Made by a program: the position numbers and the translations under genes. A stretch of 64,000 nucleotides of DNA from NCBI RefSeq assembly GCF_009914755.1, contig NC_060930.1; one strand, 5' to 3'. The DNA comes from the human T2T-CHM13v2.0 reference genome, Homo sapiens. Below, one piece after another: positions 29,201 to 42,651 of the stretch (the first letter of the stretch is position 1; the number at the start of each line of letters is the position of its first letter). Below the pieces are notes generated by a model, which was given only the letters and a program-made list of their open reading frames with translations, had not been told where the DNA came from and searched no databases.

Positions 29201-31100
29201 TTCTTTTTGGTGATAAATGAAGTTTAGTATCTTTTCATGTGATCATTGACCATTTATACTTTTTTTATGAAGCCTCTATGTATATCCTTTACCCATTTTT
29301 CTATTGTTTTGGTTATTTTTTTCTCATTGATTGGTATTAGTTATTTGTAAATTAAGGAAATTAACCCTTTGTCAGTTATAGGTATTACGAATACCCCCAC
29401 TTAAAGTTTACAAATAAATCCATTGATCTTTTCCTCAAGGACAGTAAGGGATTTTGCTTAATTCTGTTTTTACATTTTAATTATTTGCTCTAACTGAAAT
29501 TTACATTGGTTTAAATAATGAGATAAAGATCTAGCTGTACATTTTTTAAAATGATTAGTCAATTGCCCCAACACCATATAAAAAGTAGCCTCTCTTTTTC
29601 CCACCTTTGAAACACAACCTATATCACAATCTAAATTCTACTTTATTTTGATCTACTTTTGGACTCGATTCTGTTCTTAACTATTTCTTCTCCAGGGCCA
29701 ACCAAACTCTTTTCATTAATAACATGCTTCGGTAGAGTATTGTCCAATAGAACCGTCTACAATGATGAAAATATTCACTGTTTACTCTGTCCAGTATAGT
29801 AGCCACCATCACATTGAGCCTGGAGATGTGGCTAGTGTGACTAAGGACGTGAATTTTTTATTTTATAAATTTCTAATTAATTTAAACTTAAATTTCAAAT
29901 AGCCACATGTGGCTAGTGGCTACCATATTGGACAGCAGAGTTTTATTATCTTACTGGGGAGTTTCTACCCATTCTTTCCACAGTTTTCCAAGATATTCTC
30001 ACACGTTTATTTTTCCTTCTCATAAGAAATCTAGACTTTCTGGTTTTCCAGAAAAGGTCACATTGAATTTACAGAACACTTTGGGTACAGTTGTTATACT
30101 TTTAAAGTATGACATCATTAAGCCTTCTTTTAAGTCTCTCAGTAGAGTTTTAAAGTTTTCTTTATATAAATTTATACATCATCTTTTAAATCCATTCATA
30201 TATATTTAATCTTTTTTTAATTTTTATTTTGTTTTATTTGTTTGCTGTTGTAAATGGTGTACTTATTTCAATGTCTTTTACTATATTTTCTCACTGATAA
30301 TTATTTATATATAGTGCAGCTATGTAGGTATATTTTGTAATCTTTTGGGTAATTCTCTTTATGTTTTCAGGTTGTTGTAATTCTTCTTTCCAGTATTCAA
30401 ACTTTCTAGTTATTTCTCATTTAACACTGTTGGCTGCCATTTCAATGGCAGTTTTAAGTAGTTGTAGCAATGGTTAGGATCCTCGTCTTGTTCCACACTT
30501 TAATAGGTATGTTTTAGCATTTTATCATTAAGCTTCATGCTGGCTTAAAAAAGAAATCTGTCAATTCTTGCCTTACCACTGATTTTTAACATCAGAAATG
30601 AAGGTTGACATTTGTTAACATGCCTCTTCTCCTACCTTCTATGTAAGTTATATAATTTACCTCCTCTAATATATTACTAGTATATATTAATTTGACCCAT
30701 TTGTAATTTTTTTTTATCTACCCATGTATTCAGGAAATAAATGCCACTCAGTCACGGCATTTTTTTTTTGTGCAATGTACTGCTAAATTTCTTTGGTAAT
30801 TATGTAAAGATTTTTGTAATATTCAAGATAATCATCTATTTTAGAACTATTCTATCAACTTTCAGTGTCAGTGGTATGCTGTCATTATTTAAAAGAATTT
30901 TGGAGGATTCTTTCTATAATAGTTTAAATAAGCTTAAATAGAGAAATATCATTCCATGGAAAGTGGAATTAATTTGCTTCTAACGCCATCTTGGCATGGC
31001 ATATTTTTATGTTAATTTAGCAATAGCTTTAATAGCATGCATTGTTATATTGTTCTGTTTTCTGTCTCTTCTGGAGTCAATTTAGTAGATTCCATTCTCC
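29200..31100 (-). mobile_element. Ancient L1M (L1ME-like) ORF2 remnant, interrupted by MER3
   Basis: T-rich antisense L1 motifs: tatcttttcatgtgatcattgaccattta, tcctttacccatttttctattg, aattgccccaacaccat, ggatcctcgtcttgttcc. Confidence 0.6.
29735..29940. mobile_element. MER3 (hAT-Charlie MITE)
   Basis: tgtccaatagaac...aaatagccacatgtggctagtggctaccatattggacagc; inverted termini tgtccaata / tattggaca. Confidence 0.85.
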
Positions 31101-31149
31101 TTGACTAGGTTGATCCTGATATCATTAATCTAATGCCAAATTTAGAAAG

Positions 31150-31680
31150 AGGATGTTTTAGGGAAATATGATAATTTTATTTCTAGTTCTGTTGCATTTA
31201 AGATGCTCATGGGACATCGAGGTAGAAACAGCCAATAAACAAATAGAATATATATCTTAGAGCTATTTATGAGCAATCTGGGCTGGAAAGGTAGCCACAT
31301 GCATGACTGTGGTGGTTAATGAGATCACCCAAGGACAACATAAAGCAATGACGAGTAATGGCCCCTGGTGGAACCCTGGAAACCCCAACATTTAACTGGG
31401 TAGGAAGAGAAAAAGGCTTGAGAATGACAGGAGAGACAGAAAAGTCAAGAATAAAAGATCAAAATCTCCCAATGCTTCAGAAAGGACAAATAGACAAATA
31501 CTGAAGCATACCCATTGGATTTATTGTTTAGGAGATCAACAGTGGCCTCAGCAAAAGCGATTTCCAGGAAGTGTTTGAGACAAAGCCTGCTTTTGGGTGG
31601 CTGTAAAGTGCACTGAAGGTCAGGAACCGCAGCAGTAAGTGTAGGATGTGCTCATCAGAAGCCCGGCTGGGAAGAGAAGG
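31150..31680 (-). mobile_element. LINE-2 fragment
   Basis: aatgagatcacccaagg...ggaaccctggaaaccccaacatttaactggg...cccattggattta matches antisense L2. Confidence 0.7.
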
Positions 31681-33171
31681 ATCCATGAGTCTTAAGTAAT
31701 TTTAGAGATCATTTTTCAATTGAACACATGAAATGTAGACTTTTCCCTCTTTTCTGTGTCCAGAGGACGTGAGAAAGAAAGTTTTTCCTGTGTTGTCTAA
31801 TAGAGAGCTGGCCGTTGTAAAGAGCATCTGGGGACAGCTGCCTTGTCATGCACTTTGAGGGATCTGGGACACCAGGGTGATGTGGAGATGTGAAAGGAGG
31901 GCCATAAAGCAGTGTCTGTCCCCAGTGGAGGCAGCACCAAGGGCAAGGGCTGGAAACCGAGGGGCTTGCACATCACCAAGGAAACCAAGGTGGAGGAACT
32001 TAGACAAAAACCTGGTGGAGGATGGGCAGAAGACAGTAATGAAACCATCGATTCACAGGCTGCTCTCAAGAGAAAAGGGGAAGAAAAACGAAGAGGAACA
32101 CAAACTGAAGGCAGGATTTTTAAGGAAATATTTACAAATGCTTGAAAACTATAATTAATGTAAAGCAAGGATAGCTGATAAATAGAATATCTAAAATGCA
32201 AATGAGAGCTTAATGGCTTAGAAAAATCAAGTTGAGTCTGACTACTTCACCCAGCCCTCAATAAACACCATCCATCTACCCTTCAGCGCACCCAGCCCCC
32301 GTACACACATGCGTGTGCATACATATGCACATGTACACACAACGCAGAGATACAACTTTATCATAGTGTGAGATGCTGTCGTATTTGGCAACATTGCTAT
32401 ATTTTCCCCCAATTTGCTGTCCAATTTATTTTAATTATTTATATTTAGGAAACCCTCTTCCAAGAACAAAACCACCTATTATTTAAGGTTCTGCTGTCTT
32501 TAACTAGCACTGCAACTTTACAATATTCAATGTGCTTGCTTTCAACTTGCATTGTCTAATTAAATCCTCCAATAATCCATATAAAAGCAATGATCGTTTA
32601 TACTTGCTGTATCTACAGAATTACATTCTCCATGAGGAACTTTGAAATACCCACAAGCATTCCACCAGCACGCCTTTGCAAGTGAATCTTCCCAATTTTC
32701 ATTCAAAACTTCCGTTGAGTCCTAATAGGACTGGGGTCTGGGCACAAGTGTGAAAGACTCTGGGATGGGCAGAACCAGGCTTGGCGATAGAGGCTTAGCC
32801 TGACTAAATGAGGCCTGGGAATGTACCGCTCCCTGCAGAAGCTAGGGGTGCAGCCCGATTGTTGTAGGTATGATGCCCAAAGGCTAAAACAAGCTCCTGG
32901 CAAGCACCAAAGGAAAGCTCAGACTCAGGAAACTCACCCGCAACGGGAGCCCAGTCCCAACAGAGCAGGTGATAGGCAGGTCTAGGCATACGCCAGTCCC
33001 TGGACAGGAAGGCCAGGGTTCCAGGGGAGGCCCAGTCACAGATACAAAGCCCACGTCCACGCAGTCTGCTCAGGAGGGGAGGAGGGGCATCCGCTCACTT
33101 GAAACCTTTGATCATGATTCTCAAATAGGCAACAATCTTTCTACATACCCCGAGGGTAGGGGTTCCCGGGG

Positions 33172-33700
33172 TAGGGGTCTCCTGCCCCCGGGCCATGGAC
33201 TGGCACTGGTCTGTGCTCTGTTAGGAAGCAGCTGCACAGCAGGAGGTGAGCAGTGGGCAGGTGAGCAAGGCTTCATTTCATCTCTATTTAGGGTTGCTCT
33301 CATTGCTCGCTTTACTGCCTGAGCTCCGCCTCCTGTCAGATCAGCAGCAGCATTGGATTCTCACAGGAGTGTGAACTGTGTTGTGAACTGTGCATCTCAG
33401 GGATCCAGGCTGTGTGCACCTTGTGAGAATCTAATGCCTGATGATCTGCCACTGTCTCCCATCACCCCATCACAGATGGGACCATCTAGTTGCAGGAAGA
33501 CAAGCTTAGGGCCCCCACTGATTTTACATTATGGTGAGGTGTATAATTATTTCATTATATATTACAATGTAATGATTATAGAAATAAAGTGCACAATCAA
33601 TGTAATGCACTTGAACCGTGAAACCCTCCCCGACACTGGTCCATGGAAAAATTGTGTTGGGTGAGACTGGTCCCTGATGCCAAAAAGGCTGGGGCCCCTG
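33172..33700. mobile_element. MER1A (hAT-Charlie), near full length
   Basis: taggggtctcctgcccccgggcc...cctgagctccgcctcctgtcagatcagcagcagcattggattctca...gatgggaccatctagttgcagg...ggtccctgatgccaaaaaggctgggg; length about 530 bp. Confidence 0.88.
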
Positions 33701-34461
33701 CCCTAGGAAATTCATATTTGCACTCTTAGGGGTGTTGTATTCTTCATTCTTTGCGAATAAATTAGCTTCCTCTTCTCCAAAAGAAAACAGAAACTATCAC
33801 ATGAAGACTAGCACATCTTCCCACTGAAAACTTTTATCAACTTACCTCTCTCTGTCCTCATATCTCACTTTCCCTCCTCGTATGATGGATACAGCAATCT
33901 CTGTGCAGTTATCTAACACAGATAGATGCTGAATTCTGGCTGTACTGAATTCCATCCTCTGTTATCTACCCAAGAAGTTAATTTCTATAATTATTCCACT
34001 TTCTACTGCAATTTTCATGCTAGAAATAAATTCCTTTTTGCCCCCACATCCCCTTATGGGTATTGCCTCTTCTCTGCTTCTCTCTTCAACAGAACTCCTT
34101 CCAAGGGCTATGAGTGCTTTCCATGGCCACGTCCTCAACACTGACCCCGTCCCCTCTGCAACCCACTCCAGTTATCTTCTGTCTCCTTCTCTCCATTGAA
34201 ATGCCTCATGTCAGGGCCCCTGGCAGCCTTGGTGTTGCCAAACCCAAGGTCCTGTTCTTTGTCCTCCTCTTACTCAAACTCCCAGCAACACTCACCCCAA
34301 CCATCTGCTCTGATAACAGCCTTGTCCACCTGCTCCTCCAGCTCCTCCCAGCTCACAGGTCGCTCCCTCATCTCCTGGGCTGGCTCCTCCTCCCTCTGCC
34401 GCAGGGGCAGGGCTCGGGCTACCCTCTTCTCCAGCTGCACTCTCTCAACATGTATATAGTC

Positions 34462-34669
34462 CAGTGGATCTCAACAGGGGACAGCTTTGCCCTGCAGGGG
34501 TCACTTGACAATGTCTGAAGACACTTTTGTCACAAGGTGGGGAGATGCCGCAGGCATTCGTGTCTGGAAGCCTTGGATTCGGCCAAATATCCTCCAACGC
34601 ACAGGACAGCCCCCACTGCGCTTACTCCGCATAGAAGGTCCACAGTGCCTGTTCTGTCCAGCAACCCTA
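34462..34669. mobile_element. MER20 (hAT-Charlie)
   Basis: cagtggatctcaacagggg...tttgccctgcaggggtcacttgacaatgtctgaagacac...aaatatcctccaacgcacaggacagccccc. Confidence 0.85.
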
Positions 34670-35244
34670 TTCTAGTCCATGGTTTTAAGCCATTTTATAC
34701 ACAGATGACAGAGTCACAGGTTGATATGCCCAGCTCTAACCACCCCTCTAATTTGTATGTCCAACCGCCGCCTCACTATTCCTATTTGAATGTCTAAATA
34801 GGTGATTTAGAATTAACCTCTGACACAGCTCTTCATTTTCCTCCAAAGTCCACTCTTTCTTGGCCATTTCCATCTCAGCCAATGCCACCAGTTATATAGA
34901 CCAAAGCCCTAAAAGTCAATCTTTATTCTTCTCTAATCCTTATAAGACACAGCCCATCCAGCAGCAAAGCTCATGGGCTCTGCCCTCACAACCCACCTTA
35001 AAGCTGAGCATGTCTCACAGTATCCAGAATGTGTCTTCCCAAGCCTTCACTGTCTCTGGGTTGAACTTCTGCATTTGTCTTCTAGTTCTTCTCCTTGCAT
35101 CTATTCTTAAAGCCTGAAAATCTGCTTTCTATGCAAAAGAGTTATCTTTTCAAATACATTAATCCCATCATGCCATTCTCTTGCTTAAATACCTCCCAAT
35201 GGTTTCTCATTGAGCTGAGAGTAAAATCCTCCTTCCCACTGCGG

Positions 35245-35388
35245 CCTGCAGTCAGCCTGCCTTTCCCACCTGCCTCCTCCTGCAGCTCAGCCTGCCTTTC
35301 CCACCTGCCTCCTCCTGCAGCTCAGCCTGAATTTCCCACCTGCCTCCTCCTACAGCTCAGCCTGCCTTTCCCACCTGCCTCCTCCTGC
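35245..35388. repeat. 35-bp minisatellite, about 4 copies
   Basis: Unit CCTGCAGCTCAGCCTGCCTTTCCCACCTGCCTCCT starts at 35245, 35279, 35314 and 35349, with 0-2 differences per copy. Confidence 0.95.
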
Positions 35389-36417
35389 TGCCTCCCTCCC
35401 TCCTACCAGCATTTCCCTAAGCCTCAGAAACACCAAGGACATTTCCTATTTGCAGCCTTTACAGTTTCTGCTCGCTCAGCCCGGAGCATCCTGGCCCCAG
35501 TCTCCATGGGGTGCTCACCATTGTTGAGGTCTCTGTCCAAACATGCTTCCCCAAAGAGGCCTCCCCTGGCTGCCCTATGGAAAGGCTGCACACCCTCCTC
35601 CCATATCTTACCTTGCTTTATTTTGCTTCACAAAACACACTGCTATTTGAAACCAAGTCATCATCTACTATTTAATATCAATGCATTAGCTCTCTTTCTC
35701 CCTAGCATGTGAGCCCCAGTCCAAGCAAGGATGCCGTCTTTTCACCACCACCTGCCCAGAATCCAGAACAGAGCTGCACATAAAAGGAGCTCCCAATACA
35801 TGCAGAGTGACTTCTGTGTCTTCTGCGACAGATAGAGTCAGGACAGAGGGCGGGGGTGGGGGAGTGCAGGAAGGAAAGGGTGTGCTCCATCTTTTTAGTA
35901 ATTATGCTCATGCTCACAAAGCCTCGTCTGTGAGTTTTTCCATACATTGTCTAATTTATCCAGGGGTGTGCTCCCAGTACTCAGGCCTCTTGGCAGGGCA
36001 TTCTGAGACAAGGGACAGAAGGACTGACTGCTAAGCGGGGGCAAGTGGGGCTGAGATGTAGATTTGCACACTCCCTCTCTCTCTCCATAGTAGACCTGAG
36101 AACAAGGGTACGAGGCAGGAGTGAGAGCCAGGCTCTAAGGCGGAGAAGATGGCACAGAAAAGACAGCGTTTGGGAAAACTCACAGAATGCCATAGAGTTT
36201 CCATAATATATGATAAATTAAATTAGGTAAGAAAATTGCAGTCCAGTACTTAAAGTCAAAGACCACTTTTTGAAACTTCCAGATGTGTGTGATTTGGAGA
36301 TAAATATTTGCATATCTTTCCTTTAATTACGTTTTTTTAAGAGAGTATGTGGAGAAGTTAAATACTCATGATTGCACGTAAATGTTACCAAAAGTATATG
36401 GAATGTCTAATCATCAT

Positions 36418-36590
36418 TAATAATGGCTAAACTGTATTGCATATTTACCAAGTACCAGGAACCATCCTAAGAGCTTACCTGGATTTCTTTGTTAAATCCT
36501 CACAACATCCCTATGAGGTAAGATTCATTATTGTCCCTGTCATTTGGGAAAGGAAGACCTAAGCTTACTGATGTTATGCAACTTGGGCTC
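36418..36590 (-). mobile_element. MIR SINE
   Basis: taataatggctaaac...aaatcctcacaacatccctatgaggtaagattcattattgtccc. Confidence 0.75.
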
Positions 36591-37806
36591 TGCATCACTT
36601 TGCTGTCTTGTTCCAGCAATTTCACATGAGAGGCAAGACACAGTGAGAATAAATCATATAGTTCAGGAGTAAAACAAGCTTTAGTGTCTGCAGATTACTA
36701 TTTTAAAAATCCTAATGGAAATCAAGCATTTTGAAGACAAAATACATAAGAAAATACTGTAGTGGTCTGTCTCAGTCATCTAGAAAGCATTTCATTATCT
36801 TGGAAGTAAATGGCGCATGATAAAATAAATACTCTATTTCCCCACATCTGGCTCAGCATCGCAGTTTTCCTAGTTATTTGTTCCTGTATTCCCAAATAAA
36901 ACAGAGTCCAGAGATAGGAATCTTCAGGAAGCCACTGGGTCCTTAGAGTCTGAATCTGGGTGTTGCGGGAAGGTTGATGCCACTTCTCTTCCGTGCGGGC
37001 AAAGGCAGTGAGAAGAAGGAGCCAAGCTCCCTGCAAACTTTGTACACGTGCCTTTGTGCCTTGCCTACACCTCACTGTGACTCTGTGAAATAGACATTAC
37101 TCTTTGATTAATTTCACCGTGTGCAGCTGAACCAGTGACTCTCAGGGAGGTACTTTCATGGTTGCAAAGCACATCTTACGTTGAAGCTGGAATCCTAGGC
37201 TTCCGCCTGATTATCAGAAAGGAGGGTATTTGCAGCCAAGGGAACTATTTGAAAATAACCACAACTTTAAATAAACAAGCAAGAAAACATAGGTAAATGA
37301 ATAATATTCCAAAGAATGCCAAAGATGTGTTGTGTCCCTGCAAGTGTGCTGAACTGTACTGAACTGACCAAAGCACTGCAGTTCAGTGGGCTTGCTGAGG
37401 ACCCAAAGCTCAATGTCATTCGCTCACTGTTGACAGCAAGGCCTTTGCCTATTAAAGGACTTCCCTGCCAGGCACAGGTGTGTATTGGAGAGAAGAGCTG
37501 AGGATACTGGGTCGTGGGACCTTGCACAGCCAGACTGTTAAGGGCTAGAAGAATATTTTCTAATCCGCAGCTCTGGGATCTATAAAATCTGCTAGAAGGT
37601 ATGAGAATACAGACAGGCTGCACCCTGATCACCTGGCGATATTCAGGTGCAGTGCAGGAGACACTGAATTCAGCAGCAGCTGATGGAACATTTTTCCTAA
37701 ATAAATCAAGTTGTTCAGGTGCGCTGACCAAATGACAAAAAACTGTAAAGTATTTTGTAAACTTTTATTATAGATTACAGTGGTAATTGAAAAGTCAAGA
37801 AAATTA

Positions 37807-38228
<422 letters not shown>

Positions 38229-38677
38229 TATATATATGTGAACAAAAGCATTGCACGGAAAACACTTTTAAACACGTTCACAAATAACAAGGATGGAGTG
38301 GAATTAATGGCCATCCTAAAAGAGCTGAAGCATTTGCCCAATCTGCCCAAGAAAGAAAAATTAAGAGATTTGAACCACTAAGAAATAATGTAGATTCTGC
38401 AGAACCCAATATTGACATCAGATAAATAAACAGTTATAAGTATTAACATATATAAATTACTGGGTCCAAACTGCCTCCATCCCAAGTAATTAAGAGAATT
38501 GACTACAACATTTCAAATGTTACTTTTGAAAAATCATGTAGAGTTGTAGTAATATCAGAATGCCGTAGAGAAAGTTAATGATTATGTAGCTCAAAAAGGA
38601 AAAGTAAATGAGACTGTAATATTGTGATTATTTAACTTAGTGTACAGATTGATCTTGCCTTAAATAATTACCAATTA

Positions 38678-39056
<379 letters not shown>

Positions 39057-39728
39057 AAAAGAATATTAAGGATAAACTAAAATACTGAGAATAAAAATGT
39101 GTGTGTCCCATTGAGAAAACATTTTCTGAGTGCCCACTGAGCTCCACACACAATGGGAAAGCAGAAGAAGGATGGAAGTAGTAGAAGCTTGCATTCTAAT
39201 GAGAGTGTTAGACGACTCGACTGTAATGCACAGGAAAAAGTAAATGCTATAAAAGAAGAAGCCTAAATCAAGGGTTACAGGAGGATTTAATTTTGGAAGA
39301 GGGAACAGGAAAGAGAAAGTGGTCAGAAAAGGCTTGAGGTAGACTGCTTTTTGCTGGCTTTAGCATGTGGTGGGCTTTCGACTGGCTGAGGACCAGAAGA
39401 AACATGCTTAGGGAGAGGGAGCTGGTCCACAAACAGGCAGAATGGCATGCATTATGAAGATGTGCCTTGCTAATTGAATTGCTTTTCTAAACAGTGGATG
39501 AAAAATAAAGTAGAAACAGAGTGATTCTGTTAGTCAGGTTCCCTGGAAATGGGCTCTGAGTTGGAGATTCTTGCACAGAAATAACGCCTATAAGAGACTG
39601 AGAATGCTATCCTTATCAAAATTCCAATGGCATTTTTCACAGAAATAGGAAAACTATCCTAACATGTATATGGAACCACAAACACCCTGAATAGCCAAAG
39701 CAACGTTGAGCAAAAAGAACAAAGCTGG

Positions 39729-40009
39729 GACCAGGCGTGGTGGCTCATGCCTGTAATCCTAGCACTTTAGGAGGCCAAGGTGGGAAGATCACCTGAGGTC
39801 AGGAGTTCAAGACCAGCCTGGCCAATATGGCACAACCCCATCTCTACTAAAAATACAAAAATTAGCCAGGCACAGTGACAGGCACCTGTAATCCCAGCTA
39901 CTCAGGAGGCTAAGGCAGGAGAATAACTTGAACCTGGGATATGGAGCTTGTGGTGAGCCAAGATCATGCCACTGCACTGTAGCCTGGGCAACAGAGTGAG
40001 ACTCCATCT

Positions 40010-40036
<27 letters not shown>
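39729..40036 (+). mobile_element. AluS (Sx/Sz-like) inserted in L1MA
   Basis: Dimeric Alu, 31-nt pure A run (40011-40041), perfect TSD aaaaagaacaaagctgg at 39712-39728 and 40037-40053. Confidence 0.95.
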
Positions 40037-40045
<9 letters not shown>

Positions 40046-40846
40046 AAAGCTGGAGTCACCACACTGCCTGATTTCCAAATACACTACAAAGATATAATAA
40101 TCAAAACAGCATGGTGCTGGCATAAAAACAGACATGTAGACCAAATAGAACAGAATAGAGAGGCCAAAAATAAATCCACACATTTATATTCAGCTGATCT
40201 GCAACAAAGCTGCCAAGAACATAACACAGGGAAGGGACAGTCTCTTCAATAAATGGTATTGAGAAAACTGGATATCCACATGCAGAAAAATGAAACTGGG
40301 CCTTATCTCACAACATACAAAAGTCAACTCAGAATGGATTGAAGATTTAAATATAAGAGTTGGAACTGTAAAACTGCTAGAAGAAAACATAGGGGAAAAC
40401 TACGTGACATTGGCCTAGGTAGTTTTGTTGTTGTTGTTGTTGTTTTTGATATAACCCAAAAGGCACAGGCAACAAAAGCAAAACTAGATAAATGGGATTA
40501 TATCAAACTAAAAAGCTTCTGTACAGCAAAGGAAATAATCAATAGAGTGAAGAGATAACCTACGGAATGGAAGAAAATATTTGCAAACCAAAAATCCTAT
40601 GAGTTAATATACAAAATATATAAGGAACTCAAACAATTTGATAGCAAGAAAACAAATAACCCAATTTAAAAATGGGCAAAGGATCTGAATAGACATTTCT
40701 CAAAAGAAGACATACAGATGGCAAACAGGTACATGAAAAAATGGTCAGCATCAGTAATCATCAAGGAGATGCAAATTAAAACCATGATGAGATATCTCTT
40801 CATACCTATTAGAATGGCTAATATCAAAATGACAAAAGATAGCAAG

Positions 40847-41205
40847 TGATGTGGTTTGGCTGTGTCCCCACCCAAATCTCACCTTGAATTTTAATCTCCA
40901 TAATCCCCACATGTCTAGGGAGAGACCTGGTGGGAGGTGATTGGATCACAGGGGTGGTTACCCTCATGCAGTTCTCATGATAGTGAGTGAGTTCTCACGA
41001 GATCTGATGGCTTTATAAGGGGCTCTTCCTCCTTAGCTCCTCACTCCCTCTCTCTCACCTGCCGCCATGTAAGGTGTATCTCTTCCACTTCTGCCATGAC
41101 TGTAAGTTTCCTGAGGCCTCCCCAGCCATGCAGAACTGTGAGTACTTTATACATTACCCAGTCTCAGGTAGTATCTTTATAGCAGTGTGAGAATGAACTA
41201 ATATA
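40847..41205 (+). mobile_element. THE1 (THE1C/D-like) MaLR solo LTR inserted in L1MA
   Basis: tgatgtggtttggctgtgtccccacccaaatctc...tttatagcagtgtgagaatgaactaata. 5-bp TSD gcaag at 40842-40846 and 41206-41210. Confidence 0.92.
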
Positions 41206-41543
41206 GCAAGTGTTTGTAAGGATGTGGAAAAAGAGGACCCTTACGCACTGTTAGTGGGAGTGTAAATTAGTACAGCCATTATGGAAAACAGTATGGAGGT
41301 TCCTCAAAACGTTAAAAATAGAGATACTGTGTAATCCAGCAATCCCACTTCTGGGTATATAGATGCAAAGGAAATTAAATCAGTATGTTGAAGAGATACT
41401 GCACTTTCATTTTCATTGCAGCATTATTCACAGTAGCCAAGACATGGAATCAACCTAAGTGTCCATCAGTCGACGAATGGATAAAGAAAATGTGGTACAT
41501 ATACACAATGGAATACTATTCAGCCTTTAAAAAGAAGGAAATT

Positions 41544-41675
41544 GGCTGTGCACAGTGGCTCATGCCTGTAATCCTAGCACTTTGAGAGGCTGAGGCAGGA
41601 GGATCACTTGAGTGCAGGAGTTTCAGACCAGCCTGGGCAACACAGCAAGACCCTGTCTCTACCAAAAAAACAAAA
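41544..41675 (+). mobile_element. FLAM_C (free left Alu monomer) inserted in L1MA
   Basis: Single left monomer with A tail; perfect 15-bp TSD taaaaagaaggaaat at 41528-41542 and 41676-41690. Confidence 0.9.
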
Positions 41676-42556
41676 TAAAAAGAAGGAAATCCTCTCATTT
41701 TCGACAACATGAATAAACCTGGAGGACATTATGCTAAGTGAAATATACCAGTCACATAAAGACAAAAACTGCGTGATCTCACTCATATGTGGAATCTAAA
41801 GTCAAATTCATAGAAGCAGAGAGTAGAACGGTGTTTAGCAGGAGCCTGGGGAAGGAAAGCGGATTGGGAGATGTTGGTTAAAAGGCACAAAGTTTTGATG
41901 AGACAGGATGAATGAGTTCTGGAGATCCACTGCAGTATGGTGACGCTGGTTAATAATAATGTATATTTGAAAATTGCTAAGGGAGTAGGTCTTAAATGTT
42001 CTCACCACAAAAACATGAGAAGCATGTGAGGTGATGGATATGCTAATAAGCTTGATGTAATCATCCCACAGGGTATAGCGTACATGTGTTGAAACATCAC
42101 ATTGCGGACTGTAAATGTATATAGTTTTTATTTGTCAGTTAGGCCTTAATAACGCTGGAGGTGGGAAGAAAGAGGAAGAAACGGCTGGGCAGGAGAGGTT
42201 AGACTGCCTGGAGGAGGTCCCAGGCAATCTCCACTTGAGGCCAAGGGGCTGGGGCTCTGTGCCTATACATTAGCCAGCCCATGCAGGCTGCTGGAGGAAG
42301 GGGTAACCTTGAGTGAAGCAGCTCCTGTCTGAGGCAGAGGGCAATTCCCAGGGTGAGACCCAGCCATCGGTGGCTCACATCCCAGTGCCTGGGGAGAACC
42401 TGTTCTGTAGGAGGGTTGGGGCAGTACTCAGCAGCAGCCTCCACAGTGACCCATGATGTAGTAAAGGATAAACTCCAAAAATGTTTGAAAGTGTTTGCAT
42501 CATTGATGTCTATTTTAAGTAAAAGAGCCAATGGGATTAAAAATCATGGTAAACTG

Positions 42557-42651
42557 ATCCTTTGTAGTTCATAAGTGTGATGAGTAGGATTTCACACTCA
42601 TGTGTGAGATATGCCTCCCTCAAACCTTATAAATGATGATGGTACGTTAAA
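42557..42651 (+). pseudogene. SNORD13: U13 box C/D snoRNA retropseudogene (parent SNORD13), 3'-truncated
   Basis: ATCCTTTGTAGTTCATAAGTGTGATGAGTAGGATTTCACACTCATGTGTGAGATATGCCTCCCTCAAACCTTAT is collinear with U13 as recalled (ATCCTTTTGTAGTTCATGAGCGTGATGATTGGGTGTTCATACGCTTGTGTGAGATGTGCCACCCTTGAACCTTGT). Box C TGATGA at 42578-42583. A run, then TSD aaaaatcatggtaaac (42539-42554) / aaaaataatggtaaac (42652-42667). Confidence 0.88.

Larger units (their letters stand above)
34170..35805 (+). mobile_element. LINE-2 (L2a-like) 3' part, hosting MER20 and a minisatellite
   Basis: ccattgaaatgcctcatgtcaggg...gtcctcctcttactc (L2 ORF), gcttaaatacctcccaatggtttctcattgagctgagagtaaaatcc, L2-type 3' end near 35700-35805. 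Confidence 0.75.
39601..42160 (+). mobile_element. 5'-truncated L1MA (L1MA8/9-like), ORF2 C-terminus plus 3' UTR, with three nested insertions
   Basis: aatgctatccttatcaaaattccaatggcatttttcacagaaatag. ORF 41385..41585 CTFIFIAALFTVAKTWNQPKCPSVDEWIKKMWYIYTMEYYSA is the L1 ORF2 C-terminus. 3' UTR gaaaattgctaagggagtaggtcttaaatgttctcaccac. Confidence 0.9.
39526..42445 (-). mobile_element. ERVL solo LTR (LTR33-like), split by L1MA into 39526-39600 and about 42165-42445
   Basis: ttagtcaggttccctggaaatgggctctgagttggagattc...//...ggggtaaccttgagtgaagcagctc...ggcaattccc...ccaca. Flanking 5-mers gtgat (39521-39525) / gtgac (42446-42450) fit a 5-bp TSD. Confidence 0.55.

Noticed and set aside
35245-35388. 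Repeats of CRISPR-like length (35 bp here, 40 bp at 46376)
   Set aside because: Head-to-tail with no unique spacers, no cas genes, and a eukaryotic context.
41117-41129. Possible PRDM9 hotspot motif in THE1
   Set aside because: The sequence is CCTCCCCAGCCAT, which mismatches CCNCCNTNNCCNC at positions 7 and 13.
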